From: Haplodiscus bocki
Taxonomy: Eukaryota
Direction of reading: 5' to 3'
Assembly (NCBI GenBank): GCA_965655095.1
Contig: OZ296653.1
Coordinates: 71,734,001 to 71,798,000, forward strand
Length of the DNA: 64,000 nt
Positions 8,298 through 16,743 of this stretch are shown here, one piece after another. Under the pieces are notes generated by a model that was not told where the DNA came from, did not search any database, and saw only the letters and a program-made list of their open reading frames with translations. Every line of letters begins with the position of its first letter. Positions within the stretch are counted from its first letter, which is position 1. Made by a program: the position numbers and the translations under genes.

Positions 8298-11028
8298 TAT
8301 ATGGAATGTTGTGTTGGTGTGAATAAGTATTAGTATATATTTCCTTTTATTTTATCGATTATTTGCCGTGCAATTCATATTCTTAAATAAATGAAAGTAA
8401 CTGGCTGGTTATAGAAAAATTTTCATGTAAAAAATGTCATAAAAAAATTTTTAGAAAAATTTTATGATAAGTTTCAATCTTTTTTGAATCAATGGTCCCA
8501 ATATTATAGGATGTTGTTCGCTAATTTTAGCAATCATACAAATCTTTTTGCTCCTCATGTTTTTCAAATCCTAAACACACTCAAACTTTCTGAAGCTGGC
8601 AATTCGAATATCTGGAAGTATTTTCCCGAACTGGAAAGTGTACATGATGAAAGTACAAAAACGGGACAACCCTCACTTTTTTACACATTCTGACAGAACG
8701 GAACACCCTCATTTTTGCATTGTGAAAAGTACTAATTTTGTAAACATATGGTCTGAAAAAATGAACAGCAGCCTGCTAAAAAGTCATGTTTTACGTGTCA
8801 ACGTTTTGAATTTGAAACAGTTGGTGGTATTTTGTTCTTTTCCGCGTTCTTTTTTGTTCAAATTTTAAACATTGGGTTGCAAAATGGCAAAACCTAAAAA
8901 GGCGTGATTGATAGATTAAATCTTTGAGTATGAGGCACTGTAGCAGGTACTTATCTGATTTCGATTTTTTCGAACAAGCTGGTTTAGTATTTCTCAAAGT
9001 GTCAATCACATCTCAGATCATGTTTTCATATGTTGCTCAGGACATTTGATGTGTAGTTCTTGTGTTTGAGCTCTCCTGACTAGTCAGAATGTGTTGTGAA
9101 GTTCTGCTTCGCTTGTGTTAAGTTTTTCACATGTGAAAAAATGAAGAAAATGACCCAAAGCAGGTTTTTGGACTTCAAGCGAATAATCTTTCCAATTACG
9201 GATTAAACATGTTCGAAAACTGGAAAATACTTCCTTCCTTAACGCAGACCTCGCTCACGCGAATATTCGGAAGCTTAATTTTACCTGTTTGAACTGTGCA
9301 TATCCAATTTTCTGAATTAATCAATTCTGAATTTGTAGATAATGCAGATGATAGAAGCAACTAATACTGTGCTTTGTCCCGTTTAATGTTTATTCAAAAA
9401 CGAAAAATATTTACTTGAAATTGAATTATGTGCATTTTCAGGACAGTCTTCCTTAGAAGCCAAAAATTTTGGAGGGTAATCATTTATGAAAAGACTATTT
9501 ATCTTAACTGAAAAGATCTTCCAGTTGCTAATGTTTATCAGGTTATTTTACCAAAGAGTTAGGTGTGTTTACTTTCATTGATTTCTTCGACTGCCCAATC
9601 TTTGAATGTTGAATGTTGGAAACTTCATTATTGTAGTATAATCAATCATCTAAATAAATTATTCCAAATCGTAAACAGTCTCTAATTCAACTGGGCCCAA
9701 ATTTTCCTTCATGAAACACCAACTCTATCCCTTTATCTTGAGTAGTAAAGTCACTTTTAAAACTAACTCTTCATGGACTTCACAAGTCGACCTGCTCTCT
9801 TAGTCAGGTATCAACTTTGAATACTTGTATTTGTTAACAGGTATTTGGACTGCCTATGTGGGCCAATTTTATGTTGTTTAAACCATATTGTTCAAGTGCC
9901 TGTTCCTAATTTTGGTAATAGTGGACACCGAAGGTGACGCGCGACCAATAAAAATATTCTTCAATTACTACTCCATTACCCACTATTTCAATCAAACGTT
10001 ACATTGTCCCGCGTTTGTGAGCTATAATCCTAGATCATGTTTGCTGTTTCTTTAAAAAGCCTATATTTCTCTAAATTTCAAACACCTGACACGCGTTATT
10101 TCCAAAGTGATAATAGCCACCCACCATTACACTTTCAGTTCTTGTGATAGGCTTCACTTAGCAAGAATGAGATTTGTCGTGAGCATGGACTACCTGAGTT
10201 CCGAATATCTCCTGTAGGAAACGTTATTCACCATGCAGAGATCGCGTGAGCATGTAGACAAACTAGAAATGCATAGAATTATTCTGACAAGCAAAGGCAA
10301 AGATGAATCGAGTGAGCTTCAGCTCCATAACACTTTAGATAGCCACAAACAATAAATACACTGAGGCAAAGCTTCGCTCCGACGAAAAGCAATCAAAAAC
10401 TGAAGCAAACTGAACATGAAAGTCAGGCGAATGAAAGACTGGAAATTGACCGCACAAGAAATAGGAAATCTCGATTTTTCCTTGCTGAAAATGTTCAAAA
10501 ACTTCATGAAAATTCAATATTTGCCATAAAAAGGCCCCGTGAAAATGAAGGGGATAATTTTTTTGTTTTTCTTGAGCATGTCTGAGTTGTCTTCATAGAA
10601 TGAAAAGGACAATTCTTCACAGTAACGAATTTCTGAAGATATGATGTCACACTTGTATATTGTCTTTAGCTCACTATTAGTGCATTAAGTACACTACTAA
10701 CCAAACTGGCAAGGTCTTCTAGTAATCAAACATTAGTTGAAAATTTTACTAATTTGAAGCCTTCTTCCTACCAACTGAGGCATCAGAAGCCATTGGCATC
10801 TGTATAAAAGTAAGGCTAAGCGTCAGACAACATCTCTAAACACTTGCAGCACTTGGGTGATTCCGTTTTCAACAAATATTTTAGAATTTAAACGATACTT
10901 TCAGGCCTACTGCTTTCATTTTTTTCCTCATCAATCTCTGACGCGAAATAAGCAGCAGTGAAACGAAGAAGAGAGGTTCAGCCCAAGTAGAACCTATACT
11001 AACTTCATGGAAACTTCCGAAAGTGAAA

Positions 11029-11600
11029 TTTATTCACTAGCAAACGCCATCTGTCCAAGGGGAGACAAAGTTTAGCATTGGCAATAAACTTTTCAAAATC
11101 CGACTACGTTTGTTGAATCCAGTCGATAAAAACATAAAATTGCTACAAATTTCTCAATTTTGAAAAATTTTGGGCTTCTAGGCATTGAAATAGATTGAAA
11201 TTGAACGTCCACTGCATCACAATTTCAGATTGAATTTAGGTTTGCCTGAAGTTGAACTTTCGTTTCATCTGATTTTGATGGTGAAAAGGTATATTTTGTG
11301 AATTGATAGTTTTCGCGTATCGTAATTTTTTTTGGCTAACTTCTCTGGCATTCAAATTCGTTCTTAATCGTTAAGTAATCAGCATCTGATGAAAAATGAT
11401 CCATGAAAACTGCATCTAGCGTCGTTATAATATGATTACACTAATTCTGCTGTTGTAATGTACGATCGTCTGTACTTTCGTTCACTTTCTAGGGAATGAC
11501 GAACGATTGGATCCACTATAAACTGCCTGATAAGTAATTCCGCTCGCTTTCGGGTGCTGATTCAAATTGATCAGTCAGCTCCCACAATGCTGGCCGACCT
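11029..11600 (-). pseudogene. Decayed hAT-family transposase fragment (C-terminal region including dimerisation-domain-like motif)
   Basis: Minus-strand translation gives HIITTLDAVFMDHF (~11435-11395), resembling ATLLDPRFK. It also gives NFSKLRNL*QFYVFIDWIQQT*SDFEKFIANAKLCLPLDRWRLLVNKF (~11170-11029), resembling FPxLxxLA...S..vERxFSxAKx.L...RxRL. In-frame stops; TIRs not identified; the relic may extend to ~12.2 kb. Confidence 0.5.
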
Positions 11601-12400
11601 CATATTATATACTCACCGCTGAAAGTGTTGAACTCAAAGATCAACCGTGAACTTGGTGAAAATGAGGTTGTACAAAACTAAAAAGAGTAAATCAGCCAAC
11701 AGATTGTTTTCTTTTCTGACCTAGTGGCTTTTGACATTTGACAAGTGTTTTCACGAAATCAGAATCCAAACGAAGTCAGTCTCCTTGTGTGTTTAGAAAA
11801 TATATCGAAACGAACTTCCGTCATTTTTCAAACTTCTGAGTGAAAATTTCGCTAGCTTTCTTGTCTTTCTTTAGTGATGTACTGAGTAAATTGGCTGATA
11901 TTGCCGTCCAGAGTCTTCATTCAGATTGTAGTACCGTAATGAACCACGCAGAGTAACTAAATTTAAGACAGTTTTTCTTGGCAAATAGCTGTGAAAGTGG
12001 AGCTACACGCTAAAATTTTGAACTCAATCGAATGAACGAACGTCTGAACACTTCCAACGTTTCAACTGACTTTTTGTCGAGTTCAGGAAATTTTCTGAAA
12101 TTAAGAGTGATCAAGACTTTCTGACGGTGATTATATATTTTTTACCGTGCGATTTTTTCCTCAGTACTTTTTGCCTGACTATGTTAGCTATATTTGACCA
12201 CAGAGGCGAAGCTGTTTTTGCGCCAACGGAATACTAGTGAACAAATCGACTAAGTGTAATAGATTTTTGAAGGGCCACAATACTAAAAAATACTACTGAT
12301 AACAAGTACAGAAACTCTCAATTCTACTTTTTTGTACAAGTAAGAATTGATATAGTATTCCTTTTGCTTCATACTTTCAAATCAAAAGACTGTTTCCTAA

Positions 12401-12479
12401 GCGGCAATGGCAGACAGTAAAGCATGCGACTGTGGCGCTAAAAGTCCCAGGTTCGAGCCTAGTACACGCCTTCCTTTTT
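12401..12479 (+). mobile_element. tRNA-derived sequence (SINE head or tRNA pseudogene, His-GTG-like loop)
   Basis: A-box-like TGGCAGACAGTAA (12408), loop-like CTGTGGC and B-box GGTTCGAGCC (12450) at tRNA spacing, followed by TTTTT. The acceptor, anticodon and T stems pair poorly, so this is not a functional tRNA. A SINE body may extend to ~12690. Confidence 0.55.
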
Positions 12480-12799
12480 GGTCAAAATCTGAGATCTTGT
12501 GTCACATGTAAACGGATGGGAGAATATGAAGACTTATAACATTTGCTAGAACACTGAAGCCAGGCAAAAAACCAAACTCGCCTAGTGCGGATAGTGGGAA
12601 GGCCAACTAAACAAATCATTGTGAAAGCCTTTTCAGGCTACAACCGTTTGTGAGATTCCCCTCACGGAGACATTTAACAAGTGAGAAAGTTCTCAATCTT
12701 ATATTTTTCCCTCGGAATCTTTAAAAATCTACCAGTCAGAAAAAAAGTATAACGGAAAAGTTTTCGTATTTTTGTTTTATACCAGGACTCTCCTGAAAG

Positions 12800-14000
12800 G
12801 GCCCGATTACTGCGTTTTGCTTTTTTTGTTCTGAAAGTGTTCAAAAACGCCCTAATTACTGTTTTAGGTGTTAAGATCGGTTTTTCGCATAAAACTAATC
12901 ACTCAAATCGTTTCATTGAAGGCCTAATTTACAGTCTATTTCATGTAGGTTGATTCAGGTGGAGCATTTTTTAAATTTTGTTTTTTGTCTGAAAATAATA
13001 GAGCAAACATTGCTTCTGATGCGTATGCCGTTTTCCGTCAGTTATCTGAACGCTTTCGCTCAATCACTCTTCTTGTTTTGTCTCTTCGGCCTAATCGCTT
13101 GCTTATTATTTGTAAATTGATGCAAGTGGAGCAGTTCTTACTGGTTTTCCTCACATTCCCAAGAGCTTTGGTTCAAAAATACCACGAATGCATATAACGA
13201 ATTTAGTCAAGCTTCTAAAAGCTCTCACACTACTCACTCTGTTCTTCTCATTTACCACTTTTTAACTGTAAATTCCTTTCACTGGCGCAATTTTCGTGAT
13301 TTTGATGTTTTTTTCATTAATGGTGGCCCGAAAAATTCTGCTCAACCTAGTCATTGTAGTCGTTTTTACGAATGTTTTACATCACCCACTGCATTCTTTC
13401 CCTTCACGGATAGGGCCACAGCTTTTTATAAGTAAATTGATTTAACTGGAGAGTTTTTCCAGAGTGTGATCCAGTTTCTAAAAGAGTTTTTGGTCGAAAT
13501 AATGCTACATTTGCTGATGATGGCGCGTCTAGTATTTTTTGAAAATGCTTCCCTTCTTGCACTTTCCACTCAATTGTTCTCATGGCCTAAGTCGCGGCTT
13601 TATGTATGCATGTTCACTTAAAAGAAGCAATTTATCGCAAAGTTGTTCCAACTTCGGAAAATGACGTTCCAAACTGCTTCTGAGGCATATTGTCTTTCAT
13701 GAATTGTTTTTTTTTCGAGTTTTTCATCCAGGGCACAATCGATAGGTCTTCATATATGAATTGATGAGAGGATTTTTTCCGGAGATTGCGTTCCATTTTC
13801 TCAAAATGATGCTCCGGAACTGCTTCAAAGGAAAAGGATGAGGACTTTAGCCATTACTTCAATTGGATCTTTTCTACGCTGTGGATTCTTCCGATCTTGA
13901 GCTTAGTCGGGAGATTTTTGTAGGAAAATCTAATTCATTTCCAATGTCTGTTTGTTTTCATGGAAAGTCTAAGTTTCTAATTGTTTGTTTCATTTCCTAG
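12800..14000. repeat. Highly diverged ~160-bp monomeric tandem repeat (old satellite layer)
   Basis: A recurrent T-rich + TC(G)GAAA-like anchor at ~12830, 12988, 13170, 13328, 13495, 13656, 13802 and 13961 (spacing 146-182). Parallel motifs (A/T)TGCTTC(T/A) at ~13010, 13674, 13819 and GGCCTAA-like at ~12921, 13089, 13584. Confidence 0.5.
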
Positions 14001-15039
14001 AAATTTTGATCCAAATATTTTCAACTTTCCAAAATATTCCTCTAAATTGGACGGTCACTTTAGCTTTTGGGGCTTTGTTTTGTGTAGTTTGGTGAAGCAG
14101 ATGCGCCTTCTCTAGCTACCATCTTTTATATACTAATGTTGTTCAACTGTAATCGGGTTGTCAGTTTCCAAAAACTTTGTTCATTTCAATTGCTCAGCCA
14201 TACCGAATATCAGTTGAAAATTTTTGACAAATCATCAATTGTTTAAAAGAAGTGATCTCGTTCGTGTGCAAAATCAACTTGGTCTCTAATTTAGTCGGCG
14301 CTTTGCGAATAATTGAACGTGCGAGAGTACTAAAGAGGCTTTTTTCGTTTGGTGGACGAAGCTGAAGTCGATATAATTCTCTCGCAAAAGAGAAAGGGTC
14401 TTTATGAAAGGCTGAATCCTGCACCTTACAGAGGAGCACATCAAAACGTGAAAACAGCGTACTTATATGGGAGAAAGATTTGAGCCTTCGCTCCAATTTT
14501 TTCTCGTGAAACCTGCCTTCCATATAGCGACAATTTTTGCGAAAAGATTTATCATTTATTTCTGAAGTAAACGCTTACCCAGGCAGTGAATTTTGAATCA
14601 TTGAATGACTCTTGTTTTTTGACGCTTTCTAGCAGTTTTTTCAAAGACAAAAGATTTTACCATATTTTTGTTGGAGAAGTAAGTTTCCTCAAACAACAGA
14701 CTAGATATTTGCTGGATTTTTTTCGTGCTTTGCGTGCGGCGCCGACTTACTTGAGCTGTTCCCGTGTTTCTGTCGCAAAACTCTGGCGGATAGCGGAGTT
14801 CTTTTCCTAGACTTCACCGATGAGACGCAAAGTGAAGACAAGACAATGTAGTGGTTTTGCACAGACATCCTAATCGGTAATAAATAAAAGTGATCTTCCT
14901 GGCGATTATATAGCCTACAGGTAGCTGGTTAGAATCCCTCTACGAACACTCTTTTGGCTGCTCTTTTACAAATTCTGAATTTTCTGGCCGAAAATTTCTA
15001 TAGGAACAATCTCTACTTTTCCGCTTTTGTTTTAATTCG

Positions 15040-15594
15040 AGCCCTAACCGAACACAAGTGAATTGCAAAACTTTTGCCATGGGAACCTGAGCGGTGGGCC
15101 AAATAGGGCAACTAGTAATGATTTCTCCGGGCTTTTAATCCCTTTTGCTCACGAAGTACCAGTGGGAAATCCAGCAAGATCTCAGCCGACAATTTTTACA
15201 TCAATTGTTAAACATTTAGGGTGTTGGTCCAAGCATGCAAAGCCTGATGGGCCAAAAAGGCAACCAATTGAGTTTTTGATGCTATCTCTCGGCATTGACA
15301 CTCACTTTCTTCAAAAACTAACTGTTGGAGTTCTTCCATCTAGAGATCGAAGCAAACTTGTTCACTTGTAGAAGGGTTTTCAGTATCAATATTTTAAATT
15401 TTGTGCCTCGTATCGGAACCTTCAGAACTGGGAAAGCCAACGAAAGGGACAGCTGAATTTTCTCGCTGTTCAAACTCGATGCCCGCCAGAAGTAACGATT
15501 GGATTTCTTTTATCAGGAGAACAATAACCTGATTTTTTACTTCCAGAAAATCATTCCCTTTCAAGATATTGCATTTTTGGTTTTTGCGTCGTCT
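15040..15594. repeat. Diverged monomers of the same ~167-bp family as the HOR array (transition layer)
   Basis: TGTTGGTCCAAGCATGCAAAGCCTGATGGGCCAAAAAG (~15222) versus array TTTTGGTCCTTGCATGGAAAACCACATGGGCCTCAAAAG. Also CTTTTGCCATGGGAACC...GGGCCAAA (~15071) and TTTTGTGCCTCGTATCGGAACC (~15399). Anchor spacing 156, 177, 185, continuing into the array. Confidence 0.7.
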
Positions 15595-16743
15595 CCTCTG
15601 AAACCTGATTGGCGAAGAAAAGCTATGAATTCGACTATCAAATGAATTTTCTTGACATTGAGATTCTTTCTCATTGAAGCAGACATTTGGATATCTTACA
15701 TCGGGGTGTCAAACGATATTTGTTGACTCGTAGACCGTTCTTTCGATATTTTCATTCTTATGCCTTGAACCGAAATCCTCAGTAGCTGAGATGGCCGACG
15801 CTGGAAAAAGAACCCGATTTCCTCCACAATTAGCGGTTGAATCTTCCCGATCAAACTGAGAATAGACAAATAGCTTCTCTCAGCAAGTTTTTCCAGTTCA
15901 ATGTTTTGGTCCTTGCAGGGAAAACCACATGGGCCTCAAAAGTGTAAGATTTCATTTTGTAAAGCTTTTCTGTGGTACAGAGTCACTTTTGACCTAAATA
16001 TCGATTGATTTTCTGCCGTCCTTATCTCAACCGAAACTTTCAGTACTGGAAGTTCGCTCAATATCAATATCTCCTGCTCTTTCCCTGCGTCGAAAAATTG
16101 ACGAACTGTAAATGAAATTGGTGATGAATTGTTTTACATTCAAAAGCTCCTGCAAATGTACAGTTTGCTTTGTGTCCTTAACTTTTCAATAAACACCCTT
16201 ATACTTCCAAAAGATTTGTCTCTTTGCACCTTGCATCCTGAACATGTGCCTCAAATGCAGAACATTTTGTTTTGTTATTTCCTTTTGTTCTACTAATTCA
16301 CAATCTGACTGAATTTCCGGTTGATTTTCAGCTGTCTAAGACTTAACGAAACTTGATCGCTTGTAGGATTTCTATCAGTTTCAATTTTTTCCTCAGTTTT
16401 GTGTATAGGAAACTTAATGTGCCGAAAAAAAGTTATTTTTCTTCGATTTTTAAACAAGTTCCTGCATAGGTACCGGTGGCATTTCTCCCATTAAGATTTG
16501 AATCATCGGGTATATGCTGGCGAAGTTTTTCTCACTGAATGTTTTTCTGGGTTTTCTTCTTTCTATCGAAAAGCTTCAGTGGCACTTCACAAAACTGTGC
16601 AATAATTATCTTTCGTCGTTACTTAATTTCGATTTCCTTCAAAGCCAAGTTCGTCGCTTTCTTTGGTCAATGTCTCAAGTAACAGATTTCTAACGGCTGA
16701 AATCTTTCAACACGGGCATTCAGGGTTCAGGTTGTGGCCTCCG
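15595..16743. repeat. Edge HOR copy carrying a ~521-bp internal deletion (about 3 monomers)
   Basis: Unit length 1143 versus ~1669. The junction GATTTGTCT-CTTTG-CACCTTGCA at 16222-16226 joins positions equivalent to 17368 and 17889 of the next copy. Confidence 0.9.

Noticed and set aside
11610-11690. Minus-strand ~61-nt exon bounded by TTTTTAG and GTGAGT
   Set aside because: No partner exons or convincing reading frame were found, and it lies next to a decayed transposase region.
12401-12472. Functional tRNA-His(GTG) gene
   Set aside because: The acceptor, anticodon and T stems do not pair properly and the D-loop GG is missing. Treated as a tRNA-derived relic.
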